A stretch of DNA of 17,081 nucleotides, taken from an uncultured bacterium (GTDB lineage Bacteria > Cyanobacteriota > Cyanobacteriia > Cyanobacteriales > Microcoleaceae). Of the stretch, positions 1 through 8,122 are shown in pieces (position 1 is the first letter of the stretch; each line of letters opens with the position of its first letter). The position numbers were made by a program, and so were the translations under genes. A model generated the notes under the pieces. The model had not been told where the DNA came from, made no database searches, and saw only the letters and a list, made by a program, of their open reading frames with translations. Where the stretch lies: assembly GCA_964609515.1 (NCBI GenBank), contig CAZSTZ010000002.1:37339-54419 (forward strand), read 5' to 3'.

Positions 1-37
1 CGCTACGCTACACCCAACCTACAATTAAAATCTACAA

Positions 38-976
38 TTAAAGTCTATTCCTAACATCCAAAAACTTCAACTGTCGATAAAGCAGAGAAATCATCGGCAA
101 ATCTACTCCCGCCTCTTTTGCCATCCCCAAAGCATTACCAACAATTGCTTCAACTTCTAAAGGTCTTTTCCCGTCGTAATCCAATTTCATACTCGTTAAA
201 TAAGGTTTCATTTTTGCCGTGTGGTCGAGCATTTCTTCGATAAAGCGATCGCCTATTATCCGCCCGCAACTCTTCGCCCCCAACTGCACTTCTCTCATTA
301 ATTCTTCTGCTAAAAACCGCGTGTCGGCATTTGCCATTATTTCATCAGTTCTCGCATTTAATACCACCGAAAGACCGTTATAAGGAATATTCCAAACTAA
401 CTTTTTCCACCTTGCCAAAAATAAATCTTCGTTAAGTTGGATAGGAACCCCCGCTGTTTCAAAATCATCGGCTATTTCGCGCATTTTTTCGGTAACGCCA
501 GCAGCTCGATAATTACTAGCATATTGCCCGATGCTAATAGTACCATAATCGATGTGGCGAATATGACCGGGGCCTACTTTATTAGAACAGATAAAACATA
601 AACCACCGATGAGGATTTTGTCTCCGATAATTTGAGTTATTTCTGGTTCGATATTGATGCCGTTTTGTAATAATAAAACTACGGTGTTGTCGTTGATTAA
701 TGGCGGCAATAATTCTGCTAAAAGATGATTTTGCGTCGCCTTCAATGCCACGATAACTACATCGCAACTCGGCATTTTTTGAACATCGTTATAGGCATCG
801 ACTTCGGGTAAGATAATATCGCCATCGACGGATTCTACTATTAAACCATTGGCGGCGACGTGGCGGTAGTCGCTGCGTAATAAAAAGCTGACTCGATGAC
901 CTGCTTTTTGCAGTTTTGCGCCGTAAAATCCGCCGATCGCACCGGTACCGATTATTGTGTAAGTTTTATTTGACAT
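38..976 (-). CDS. panE: 2-dehydropantoate 2-reductase (ketopantoate reductase, ApbA/PanE family)
   Basis: 312 aa ORF. N-terminal Rossmann motif IIGTGAIGGFYGAKL and overall KPR-family architecture (N-terminal NAD(P)-binding domain, C-terminal ApbA_C-like domain). Assigned by family recognition from the translated sequence. Confidence 0.8.
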   Translation of the reverse strand: MSNKTYTIIGTGAIGGFYGAKLQKAGHRVSFLLRSDYRHVAANGLIVESVDGDIILPEVDAYNDVQKMPSCDVVIVALKATQNHLLAELLPPLINDNTVVLLLQNGINIEPEITQIIGDKILIGGLCFICSNKVGPGHIRHIDYGTISIGQYASNYRAAGVTEKMREIADDFETAGVPIQLNEDLFLARWKKLVWNIPYNGLSVVLNARTDEIMANADTRFLAEELMREVQLGAKSCGRIIGDRFIEEMLDHTAKMKPYLTSMKLDYDGKRPLEVEAIVGNALGMAKEAGVDLPMISLLYRQLKFLDVRNRL

Positions 977-1021
977 GGGTTGGGTTTTAGTTGCTTTTTT
1001 AAGAATCGCTAAAGCGATATT

Positions 1022-1177
1022 GTCATTGCGAGGGGGGGTGGGTAAGAGTTAAATTCAGTTTCATCCTTAAACCCCCCCGTGGCAATCTCATAACTTAATT
1101 GTGCGACTGAGATTGCCACGGCTAACTTAATAATTTTCCCACAACCTTAACTCGTTTTCCCGCCGCCTCGCAATGAC
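1022..1177. repeat. MITE-like nested inverted-repeat element with poly-G/C tracts. Outer inverted repeats GTCATTGCGAGG (1022-1033) and CCTCGCAATGAC (1166-1177); inner inverted repeats CCGTGGCAATCTCA (1077-1090) and TGAGATTGCCACGG (1108-1121).
   Basis: Two perfectly complementary 12-14 bp arm pairs read directly from the sequence. G7/C7 homopolymer tracts sit next to the arms. A half copy of the same element is present at 9509-9579. Confidence 0.55.
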
Positions 1178-1206
1178 AGCAGAAAGATTTTTTTTACTAC
1201 TATTTC

Positions 1207-1240
1207 AGAAACCAGGTTTTGCCGAAATTACCTGGTTTCT
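1207..1240. terminator. Dispersed palindromic hairpin repeat GAAACCAGGT-(12 nt loop)-ACCTGGTTTC. It lies immediately 3' of the minus-strand thioesterase gene, so it may act as a terminator.
   Basis: Perfect 10-bp inverted repeat at 1208-1217 and 1230-1239. The same family occurs at 4250-4313, 4692-4729 and 6946-6980. Confidence 0.4.
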
Positions 1241-1247
1241 TGACCGC

Positions 1248-1652
1248 CTATCCAGACAACCACTCCATCATTTCTTCTGAGAAATTTTGTCTCTTTCTCG
1301 TTTCTGGATTAATACAAACGTGGCGAGTCATTGCCTTCACTGCCCATTTGTCTTTAGCATCGGAAATAAAGATTTTATAGGCAATTTCAAACTCGTTATC
1401 GCTTAACTTTTCCGGCGTCAATTCTATTATTAAATCTTCCCCGCAAAACATGGGGCGGCGAAAATCGACGCTGGCATTAACGATGGGAATTGCAACTTTT
1501 GAATTGCTAAAAAACGCTTTCAGGTTAATACCCGATGCCGCTAAAGATGCCTCGTAAGCTTCGTGGCACATTGCCAAAACGTTAGCAAAATAAACCACTC
1601 CTGCGGCATCGGTATCCTGAAAGCGAACCGTTCTAATGTAACTAAAAACCAT
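1248..1652 (-). CDS. Hotdog-fold acyl-CoA thioesterase of the cyanobacterial 1,4-dihydroxy-2-naphthoyl-CoA hydrolase type (4HBT family)
   Basis: 134 aa. Motif RFQDTDAAGVVYFANVL, with the catalytic Asp in the typical position, matches the 4HBT/DHNA-CoA thioesterase family. Its start overlaps the stop of the upstream gene (TAATG), so the two are translationally coupled. Confidence 0.75.
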   Translation of the reverse strand: MVFSYIRTVRFQDTDAAGVVYFANVLAMCHEAYEASLAASGINLKAFFSNSKVAIPIVNASVDFRRPMFCGEDLIIELTPEKLSDNEFEIAYKIFISDAKDKWAVKAMTRHVCINPETRKRQNFSEEMMEWLSG

Positions 1653-2257
1653 TAATTTTTAGCAAAAACTTCATCTTCTCTTTCTTTGAGAGCTCGTCGA
1701 GTTTCCCCATCGAGAATACCATTTGCTTCGAGACCGTTTTCTCTTTGAAATTCTACTAATGCCGCCCTCGTACTTTGGTTAAATTCGCCGTTAATTTCTC
1801 CTTTATAATATTCAAAAACTGCCAGTTGCAGTTGTAATAATCTGACAGCTTCCCCCTTACTTCCCACTCTCAAAGTAGAAGTATTTGCTTGAGTTGCCGA
1901 TGCCGAACTTTCATTTTCAACTACTCCTAAAGCAGCTAAAGTATCGTCGCCGGCAATACCGTCAGCTTTGAGGTTATTATCCCGTTGAAATTTAATTACT
2001 GCTTCTTTAGTTACTCTGCCAAAATAGCCGGTAATTCTGGTGCTTTCTGGGAAGTAACCTAACTCTTTTAACTTGTTTTGAATTTCGGTTACTTCCCTGC
2101 CTCGGTTGCCTTCGCGAATGGCAGACAGGCATGGCATTGCCCCAATAAAAACTGAGGCGGCGATCGCTACTGGCATCAAACAAGTTAGCACTCCCCGCCA
2201 GATTTTACCCTTGTTTTCTTTTACATATTTTTGGTGAGAAGATTTTCTCTTTTCCAT
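1652..2257 (-). CDS. Membrane-anchored protein with two putative peptidoglycan-binding (PG_binding_1-like) repeats
   Basis: 201 aa with an N-terminal basic region followed by a TM helix (VLTCLMPVAIAASVFIGAM). Two repeats of the PG-binding-like pattern: EIQNKLKELGYF...VIKFQRDNNLKADGIAGDDTLAAL and LLQLQL...LVEFQRENGLEANGILDGETRRAL. Confidence 0.7.
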   Translation of the reverse strand: MEKRKSSHQKYVKENKGKIWRGVLTCLMPVAIAASVFIGAMPCLSAIREGNRGREVTEIQNKLKELGYFPESTRITGYFGRVTKEAVIKFQRDNNLKADGIAGDDTLAALGVVENESSASATQANTSTLRVGSKGEAVRLLQLQLAVFEYYKGEINGEFNQSTRAALVEFQRENGLEANGILDGETRRALKEREDEVFAKN

Positions 2258-2286
2258 TGTCTTTATTTGCTAGTATTTTTTGTGGC

Positions 2287-2331
2287 TGCTAATTGCTAAC
2301 TTACAATTAACAATTAACAATTAGCAATTAA
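2287..2331. repeat. Heptamer tandem repeats (TAATTGC / CAATTAA, STRR-like) in the intergenic region just upstream of the minus-strand TerB-like gene
   Basis: taattgc taactta caattaa caattaa caattag caattaa read directly from the sequence. Same heptamer family as 15106-15175. Confidence 0.5.
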
Positions 2332-2774
2332 CCTTTATTCTTGATAGAAATGACATCAATAATTTTACCTGCCATTTCTTCAGAAATCTTTAAGGCTGTA
2401 TAAAGTTCGTTCAAAAGTTCCTCCTCCTCCTCTGCCAAATCTCCATCTGCTAATACCAAATCGGTAGTAACAGCAAAAACCGTCTCTTTCAAATCCTTTG
2501 GCAATGCTTTCACCGCTGCATCGAACAAAGGTTTAATATCTTTGTTCTTAATAATACCCAGCAGCTTATCTGTCATTTCTTTTAGTCCCTCTTCCGAATA
2601 CTTACTAAAAAGTTCCATGCGAGAGAAAAGAGTAGTAATAGCTTGAGATTCGCTAGTAGTAATTATGTCATCGGCAGCTACGGCAATTAAAGCGATCGCT
2701 GCAAAAGCTTCTGCTGGTTCTAGTTTAATATCGCTGGCTTGGAGTTCGCCGCTACCCTGTTGAAATAGACTCAT
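2328..2774 (-). CDS. TerB-like (tellurite-resistance TerB family) small acidic protein
   Basis: 148 aa, helical and acidic, with the pattern AAIALIAVAADDIITTSESQAI...LADGDLAEEEEELLNEL typical of TerB-domain proteins. Family assignment by recognition, not by search. Confidence 0.55.
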   Translation of the reverse strand: MSLFQQGSGELQASDIKLEPAEAFAAIALIAVAADDIITTSESQAITTLFSRMELFSKYSEEGLKEMTDKLLGIIKNKDIKPLFDAAVKALPKDLKETVFAVTTDLVLADGDLAEEEEELLNELYTALKISEEMAGKIIDVISIKNKG

Positions 2775-2845
2775 ATTTAGTTCTCCTAAATTAGAGAGTG
2801 TTTTTACCTAGACCATGATGCCACTACCCGCAGATTTTTTTCAAC

Positions 2846-4165
2846 CTATTTCTGAGCAATTGCTAACTCGGCCCCCAGAAAGTCAACAAACTGCCGCGCC
2901 GTCCGTCCAGAACGCCCGTTATGGCGGGTGGCCCATTGCAAGGCCAAAAATTCTAAATCTTCGGCCTTGAGTTGAATATTTGCTTGTTTTGCCCGGTGGC
3001 GGACGATGTTTAAATAAGTGTTTTGGTCGGCGGGCTCGAAGGTTAAAGTTAAACCAAAGCGATCGCTAAAAGACAGCTTCTCCTGGACGGTATCCCAGCT
3101 ATGAACCTCATCGCCATCCTTGGGACGAGGCCGATCCTCAAAGAACTCTCGGACCAAATGTCGCCGGTTCGACGTAGCATAAACTACCACATTTTCGGGA
3201 CGAGCGATGGCGCTACCTTCTAAAATCGCCTTGAGTGCCTTAAAAGCGTCGTTATCCTCCTCAAAAGAAAGGTCATCCACAAAGATAATAAATTTCTGGG
3301 GCACACCTCGCAACCTCTCCACGATTAAAGGCAAATCGTTTAGATCGGACTTAGCAACTTCAATTAAACGCAAGTTCCGTTCTTGATATTGATTTAACAA
3401 GGCCTTAACTAAAGAAGATTTACCGCTGCCGCGACTGCCATAAAGAATGACATGGAGGGCGGGATAACCTGCTAGGAGGAACTCGGTATTTTTGATTAAA
3501 GTTTCTTTCTGGGACTCGTATCCTACCAATTCCGATAATTCGACGGAATCTGGATCGGAGATACCGACTAACTGGCCCCCCCGCCACTGCATGGCTGGAT
3601 ATCGGGCAAACAAACCGGTCCCAAATTGACGATAGTAATTGCCCAAGTCCTCCACGGCCTCGCCCCAGTCGCCAAGCTGCCGCAATTTGTCCCAGATAGA
3701 CTTTTTGCCGGGGGGCATTTCAGGTTCGGCCCCTCCATGCCAAACCACGGGGGCTTCTTTTAATTGGCCTGCCACCCGCAGCCAACTGCCCAACCGGTCT
3801 TCGCTGCATTGGTAAATAATTTGTAGCCCCTGGAGGTCGTGTTTTGCCGCTGCCACCAAAGCAGGGGGCAATTTGGCAAAGTCGGTTTGTTGGGCCTGTC
3901 GGCTAAAGGGGTTTTCATCGGCGAGAATTTGACCGATTAAGTAATTTTGCCAGTCGGTATTTTCGGCAGCAATGGCTTTAAACCATCCACCGTAGGCCTT
4001 GAGAGATTTCATGCCGGTGATGTCGTTATGGCGGAGAGATTGTAGCAGGTCGAGAAAGGTTTGACCCACCGAGTTTTCTAGAACCGATTGATAGAGCAAG
4101 AGGGATGCTGCTTGTCGTTCTATGGTTTTGATTTGAGCGATCGCTTGAGAGTTTAAATAGGACAT
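2846..4165 (-). CDS. DUF815-family AAA-type ATP-binding protein
   Basis: Walker A ILYGSRGSGKSSLVKAL and Walker B IIFVDDLSFEE. The ORF extends to 4207, but the internal ATG at 4163-4165 (MSYLNSQAIAQ...) is the more likely start. Conserved single-domain ATPase, usually annotated as ATP-binding protein (DUF815). Confidence 0.75.
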   Translation of the reverse strand: MSYLNSQAIAQIKTIERQAASLLLYQSVLENSVGQTFLDLLQSLRHNDITGMKSLKAYGGWFKAIAAENTDWQNYLIGQILADENPFSRQAQQTDFAKLPPALVAAAKHDLQGLQIIYQCSEDRLGSWLRVAGQLKEAPVVWHGGAEPEMPPGKKSIWDKLRQLGDWGEAVEDLGNYYRQFGTGLFARYPAMQWRGGQLVGISDPDSVELSELVGYESQKETLIKNTEFLLAGYPALHVILYGSRGSGKSSLVKALLNQYQERNLRLIEVAKSDLNDLPLIVERLRGVPQKFIIFVDDLSFEEDNDAFKALKAILEGSAIARPENVVVYATSNRRHLVREFFEDRPRPKDGDEVHSWDTVQEKLSFSDRFGLTLTFEPADQNTYLNIVRHRAKQANIQLKAEDLEFLALQWATRHNGRSGRTARQFVDFLGAELAIAQK

Positions 4166-4249
4166 CTTGCCATCTTTCTTTATAAAAGAACGCCCCCATC
4201 TTCTCAAATTTTTAGCTCTTTTTTATGTTAAGTTTTGATAATTGGATAA

Positions 4250-4313
4250 GAAACCAGGTTTTTCAAAAAAACCTGGTTTCTGGGTTTTTTTCAAAAAACC
4301 GGGTTTCTGGGCT
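4250..4313. repeat. Two adjacent copies of the GAAACCAGGTT.../...CCGGGTTTCTGGGCT palindromic hairpin repeat, in a divergent promoter region
   Basis: gaaaccaggtttttc aaaaaa acctggtttc, then gggtttttttcaaaaaaccgggtttctgggct. Inverted repeats read directly from the sequence. Confidence 0.5.
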
Positions 4314-4346
4314 ACCGAATAAGTTATTAACTAAGGAGAAAAACCA

Positions 4347-4679
4347 ATGAATCTAGGAATAATAGCAGCGATCGCCTACGGTATATTAGCAGTAGGCGGC
4401 GGCATTATGGGCTACGTCAAAGCCAAAAGCAAAATCTCATTATTTGCGGGAGTTAGCTGCGGCATTTTGTTAATTATTGCCGGCATTCTGCCGTTGATGG
4501 GAATGAATTGGGGATTGATATTAGCGTCGGTAATAGCAACATTTTTGGTAATTACATTTATTTCCCGACTGATAAAAACCCGTAAATTAATGCCATCAGC
4601 TTTAATGATTGGTGCCGGGCTTGTTTCCGTGGGAATTATGATTTATCAAATCGTTGTTTCCGCTCAATTGGAATTATAA
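4347..4679 (+). CDS. TMEM14-family (UPF0136) small membrane protein, 4 TM helices
   Basis: 110 aa. GxxxGGxMGYxKxxSxxSLxAG signature (GGGIMGYVKAKSKISLFAG) is typical of TMEM14/DUF423-like proteins. Four hydrophobic segments. RBS AAGGAG lies 7 nt upstream of the ATG. Confidence 0.7.
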   Translation: MNLGIIAAIAYGILAVGGGIMGYVKAKSKISLFAGVSCGILLIIAGILPLMGMNWGLILASVIATFLVITFISRLIKTRKLMPSALMIGAGLVSVGIMIYQIVVSAQLEL

Positions 4680-4691
4680 CCGTGGAATTAA

Positions 4692-4729
4692 GAAACCAGG
4701 TAATTTCGGCAAAACCTGGTTTCTGGGCT
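4692..4729. terminator. Palindromic hairpin repeat GAAACCAGGT-(12 nt loop)-ACCTGGTTTC followed by TGGGCT, immediately 3' of the TMEM14 gene
   Basis: Perfect 10-bp inverted repeat. The loop is the reverse complement of the loop in the copy at 1207-1240, so it is the same element in the opposite orientation. Confidence 0.4.
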
Positions 4730-4772
4730 GCGGTTAGAGTTAATCCATTGGAGTTTACAGAGGTAGAATGAT

Positions 4773-5912
4773 ATGTCTAAAACAATTGCTATTCCCAAAG
4801 AAACCAGAATTGAAGAAACGCGAGTCGCCATTACACCAGATGGCGCTAAAAAATTAAGAGCATTGGGTTACAAGGTTAAAGTCCAAAAAAATGCAGGGAT
4901 AAAAGCTGGATTTTCTAACCCAGAATATCTGTTCAGTAACGCGGAAATTATCGAAGAAGTTCCATCTTTGTTGGCGGCAGCAAATATTGTGTTACCCTTG
5001 AAAAGACCGGCGGCAGAAATAGAAAAACAAACCATCGCTACTCTGGTTCCAGAAGCATTAATTGTAGGATTTTTAGATCCTTATTTTCAAAAGGGAAAAC
5101 ATCTACATTTTTATCAAAAACAAAAAGTAACTGCTTTTGCTTTTGAACTTTTACCAAACCTTCCCGAAACCCAGTTATTCGATCCTATGGCTCAGATGAG
5201 TCAAATTACGGGGGAGGTCGTTCTTGATGATTACATCGAGAACTATAACGAAAATCTGGAAGGCAAGAAGATTTTAATAATTGGCTTGGGAAATGTGGGT
5301 TTATCTTGTGCCAAGTATGCCTGGGAAAAAAAAGCTAAAGTTACAACAATTACTCGTAGCGATCGCTATCGAAATCTAGTCGCAAAACAAGGGGGGCGTT
5401 TCCTAAAAATTGAAGGAAATGCTGAATCGAAGAAACGAGAATTTGTGGAAAAGATACTGCTAACAAATTTTTTCGATCTAGTTGTTTGCAGTGCTAGGAT
5501 ACGCTGCCAGCTCGCACCCTTGTTAATTTCTAAATCGGCATTATTAAAATTACAAAAAAAAGTAATAATTTACGATTTAGCAGCAAGTTTGGGAGGAAAT
5601 TGCGAAGCCAGTCAGTACGGTAAAAATACTTCTTGCGGGGGAGCGGATGTGCGAAGCAAAACGGGATATCCTACCTCAAGACCGAAAGAGGCTTCCGAAC
5701 GCTATAGCAGTTGCGTAATAGAATTTTTGAAACATTTATCGCGAGATTCTGACGATTCGATAACGCAGTTGTGTTTGGAAAGCTGCGCGGTATGCAATGG
5801 CATGGTTAACCCAATTTTGGGGTTAAATGAAAATTACCAAATTAACGATGGAATTAAGTTTCGCGATCGCCTCCTTGAATGGCACTCAAACTACCTCAAA
5901 ACATGGCAATAA
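4773..5912 (+). CDS. Alanine dehydrogenase / pyridine nucleotide transhydrogenase (PntA dI-like) family protein, orphan
   Basis: 379 aa. N-terminus IAIPKETRIEETRVAITPDGAKKLRALGYKV, a GxGxxG Rossmann motif IIGLGNVG and DLAASLGGNCE (compare PntA DLAAQNGGNCE) place it in the AlaDH/PNT family. No pntAA/pntB follows. The C-terminal 90 aa are unusually Cys-rich. Confidence 0.65.
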   Translation: MSKTIAIPKETRIEETRVAITPDGAKKLRALGYKVKVQKNAGIKAGFSNPEYLFSNAEIIEEVPSLLAAANIVLPLKRPAAEIEKQTIATLVPEALIVGFLDPYFQKGKHLHFYQKQKVTAFAFELLPNLPETQLFDPMAQMSQITGEVVLDDYIENYNENLEGKKILIIGLGNVGLSCAKYAWEKKAKVTTITRSDRYRNLVAKQGGRFLKIEGNAESKKREFVEKILLTNFFDLVVCSARIRCQLAPLLISKSALLKLQKKVIIYDLAASLGGNCEASQYGKNTSCGGADVRSKTGYPTSRPKEASERYSSCVIEFLKHLSRDSDDSITQLCLESCAVCNGMVNPILGLNENYQINDGIKFRDRLLEWHSNYLKTWQ

Positions 5913-5920
5913 TTTAAAAC

Positions 5921-6868
5921 ATGACTAACAAACTCGCCAAAGCACCACAATCTTTTTTAGACAGCGCCACCTTAACAGCCCTTTTTGCTCTGATATCTGG
6001 CATCAGCATCATCGCTTTTATGCCAATCTTAACCCGATTTAGCGAAAGCGAAATTAGTCCGACAGCGACCATGTTTCATCGCGTCTGGATTGCTACTTTT
6101 TGTTTGGGATTATGGCAAGTAATCGAAAGGTTAAAACCTAAAAAATTTGGAGAAAAACTCGATGCAAAACCAATTTTTTCTGGCAAAATATGCCTATTAT
6201 TATTAGTAACAGGAATTTTTTTTGCCGTTCAACAAGTTATCTGGGCTTGGTCGATTACGGAAACTAGCATTGCCAATTCGGCACTCCTGCACAATTTAAC
6301 CCCATTTTTTACAACTTTAGGAGCCTGGATAATATTCGGTAAAAACTTCGATCGCCGATTTTATTTCGGTCTAGTTATTGCTATTACCGGAGCAAGTATT
6401 GTTGGTATCGACGATTTTTACTACGGATTTGACAAAATTCAAGGAGATATTTTAGCCTTTCTCTCTGCGTTTTTTTATGCAGGATACTTGCTGCTGGCAG
6501 AACAAGTGCGAAAGCAATTGCAAACCACAAAGGCACTGTTTTATTTCTGCGGAATTGCCAGCCTTTTTCTCTTGCCAATCTTACCTTGGAGGGAGGGAAA
6601 TATTTTCCCCACATCTGGGAATGGATGGTTAATTGCTGTAGGATTGGCTATGACTATTGTTGTCGGTCACGGACTGGCGATTTATAGTCTCAATCGACTT
6701 TCTTCGAGTCTAGTTTCTGTAACGATGTTACTCAATCCAGTGCTTAATGGTATTCTGGGTTGGCTCGTGTTTTCGGAAAGTCTCGATTTTTATAATTTAG
6801 TAGCTTTTCCGACAATTTTGCTCGGAATATATCTCGCCACTACCAGCAAATCTGCTATTAAGAAATAG
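5921..6868 (+). CDS. DMT superfamily (EamA-like) transporter, about 10 TM helices
   Basis: 315 aa and highly hydrophobic. Two EamA-like halves, each with a conserved G-rich helix (ITGASIVGID; TIVVGHGLAIYSL). Confidence 0.75.
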   Translation: MTNKLAKAPQSFLDSATLTALFALISGISIIAFMPILTRFSESEISPTATMFHRVWIATFCLGLWQVIERLKPKKFGEKLDAKPIFSGKICLLLLVTGIFFAVQQVIWAWSITETSIANSALLHNLTPFFTTLGAWIIFGKNFDRRFYFGLVIAITGASIVGIDDFYYGFDKIQGDILAFLSAFFYAGYLLLAEQVRKQLQTTKALFYFCGIASLFLLPILPWREGNIFPTSGNGWLIAVGLAMTIVVGHGLAIYSLNRLSSSLVSVTMLLNPVLNGILGWLVFSESLDFYNLVAFPTILLGIYLATTSKSAIKK

Positions 6869-6900
6869 TAAGCGATCGCCTGATAGAGTTAGTAGTTAGT

Positions 6901-6922
6901 AGGGTGCGCACCGCGCACCAAA
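6901..6922. repeat. GC-rich palindrome / tandem heptamer AGGGTGCGCACCGCGCACCAAA upstream of Uma2 copy A. Repeated at 8750-8771 upstream of copy B; degenerate copies lie downstream of each gene at 7626-7640 and 9424-9438.
   Basis: GGTGCGC and GCGCACC are reverse complements, and GCGCACC is tandemly duplicated. It stands out in an AT-rich intergenic context. Confidence 0.5.
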
Positions 6923-6945
6923 TAAATTTTTGTTAAAATAATATC

Positions 6946-6980
6946 AACCCGGTTTTTTTGAAAAACCGGGTTTCTGGGCT
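6946..6980. repeat. Palindromic hairpin repeat CCCGGTTTTTTT-G-AAAAACCGGG followed by TTTCTGGGCT (same family as 4250-4313)
   Basis: Inverted repeat and shared TTTCTGGGCT tail read directly from the sequence. Confidence 0.5.
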
Positions 6981-7000
6981 AAAGACGTAGGGAAAAAACC

Positions 7001-7621
7001 ATGACTCAAGCAATAGAAAAACCCCAACTAATGACTCTAGACGAATTTCTGGACTGGTATCCAGACGACGGGAAAATTTACGAACTACATAAAGGAGTTA
7101 TTTTTGAAATGGAACCAACTGGAACTCACCAACAAGTTATTGGTTTTCTTGTAACTAAATTTGCCGTGCAACTTGAAAATCTCCAACTTGCATACTTGCT
7201 AGTAACTCAATGCATCATCAAATCAATTAGCACGGACAATTCTGGATTCAATCCCGACGTAACAATTCTCGATAAAAACGTTTTAGAAAACGAGCCGATG
7301 TGGAAAAAACGTTCCACAATTACCAACGGAGAAACTGTCAAGTTAGCCCTTGAAGTTGTCAGCACTAATTGGCAGCATGATTATTTAATGAAACTGTTTG
7401 AATATGAAAATCTAGGAATTTATGAATATTGGATAGTTGACTATTTAGGATTAGGTGGAAGGCGATTTATTGGCAGTCCCAAACAGCCGACTATTTTTGT
7501 TTATGTAATGGTGGATGGCGAATATGAAGTAAAAACGTTTCGAGGTAGCGACAGAATCGAATCATCAATTTTTCCCGAATTAAATTTAACGGCGGAACAA
7601 ATATTTGCAGCAGGTAGTTAA
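7001..7621 (+). CDS. Uma2-family (DUF820) restriction-endonuclease-fold protein, copy A
   Basis: 206 aa. Hallmarks of cyanobacterial Uma2/DUF820 proteins: N-terminal MTLDEFLDWYPDDG...YELHKGVI, and the PD-(D/E)xK-like core NPDVTILDK...LALEVVS. Nearly identical over its 5' about 140 bp and its 3' about 415 bp to copy B at 8798-9418. Confidence 0.85.
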   Translation: MTQAIEKPQLMTLDEFLDWYPDDGKIYELHKGVIFEMEPTGTHQQVIGFLVTKFAVQLENLQLAYLLVTQCIIKSISTDNSGFNPDVTILDKNVLENEPMWKKRSTITNGETVKLALEVVSTNWQHDYLMKLFEYENLGIYEYWIVDYLGLGGRRFIGSPKQPTIFVYVMVDGEYEVKTFRGSDRIESSIFPELNLTAEQIFAAGS

Positions 7622-7675
7622 AACGTAGCACCGCGCACCAGTATAATTATTGAAGGAAAAAAAGTAGAGAATAGA

Positions 7676-8122
7676 ATGAGTCAGTCGCAGTTATTACTGC
7701 CACCCTGGAGAAGTCCAAATTTAGGAATGGGTCGGATATTTAGCCATTTTACTAACTCTGAGGGAGCTACTGGAATTACAGGAATTATTGGGGATAGTCT
7801 CGATATAAATCAGCAGGCGATCGCCACTAAACTGCAATTCGGACAAGGTTCAAATCCCTTTTATGCTAACGCTTCAGGAGATATATTTGTAACAGAACTT
7901 GACGTGGAAGCAACTGTAGGTGATTTGAATTTAATTGGTGTCTTTGGCGACAAGCAAATGTTTCTAATTCAATTCTCAGAAGAAACTGCTTTAGTCTTAA
8001 ATAAGATTAGAGTCAGACCGGTGAAAATCTCTTATAATGTATTGACATCGGGCAGCAGTATTTACACTATCCCTGGTGGCACTACGCTCGTAGGTAAATT
8101 TCTCGTAACGAGGGTTAGATAA
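7676..8122 (+). CDS. Hypothetical protein (148 aa, Gly/Ser/Thr-rich, predicted beta-rich), first gene of a two-gene cassette
   Basis: ORF of 148 aa with no family I can recognise. Its stop overlaps the start of the next gene (TAATG at 8119-8124). Sits between the two Uma2 copies. Confidence 0.5.
   Translation: MSQSQLLLPPWRSPNLGMGRIFSHFTNSEGATGITGIIGDSLDINQQAIATKLQFGQGSNPFYANASGDIFVTELDVEATVGDLNLIGVFGDKQMFLIQFSEETALVLNKIRVRPVKISYNVLTSGSSIYTIPGGTTLVGKFLVTRVR

Noticed and set aside
582-767. 61-aa ORF inside panE, same strand but different frame
   Set aside because: Basic low-complexity product wholly inside a well-supported CDS. Spurious.
6384-6614. 76-aa antisense ORF within the DMT transporter gene
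   Set aside because: Antisense to a strongly hydrophobic, well-formed transporter ORF. No RBS. Spurious.
7838-7866. tRNA-like T-arm motif AAGGTTCAAATCCCTT inside the 148-aa ORF
   Set aside because: No matching acceptor stem, D-arm or anticodon arm at the correct spacing upstream, and no CCA-adjacent acceptor pairing. Isolated resemblance only.
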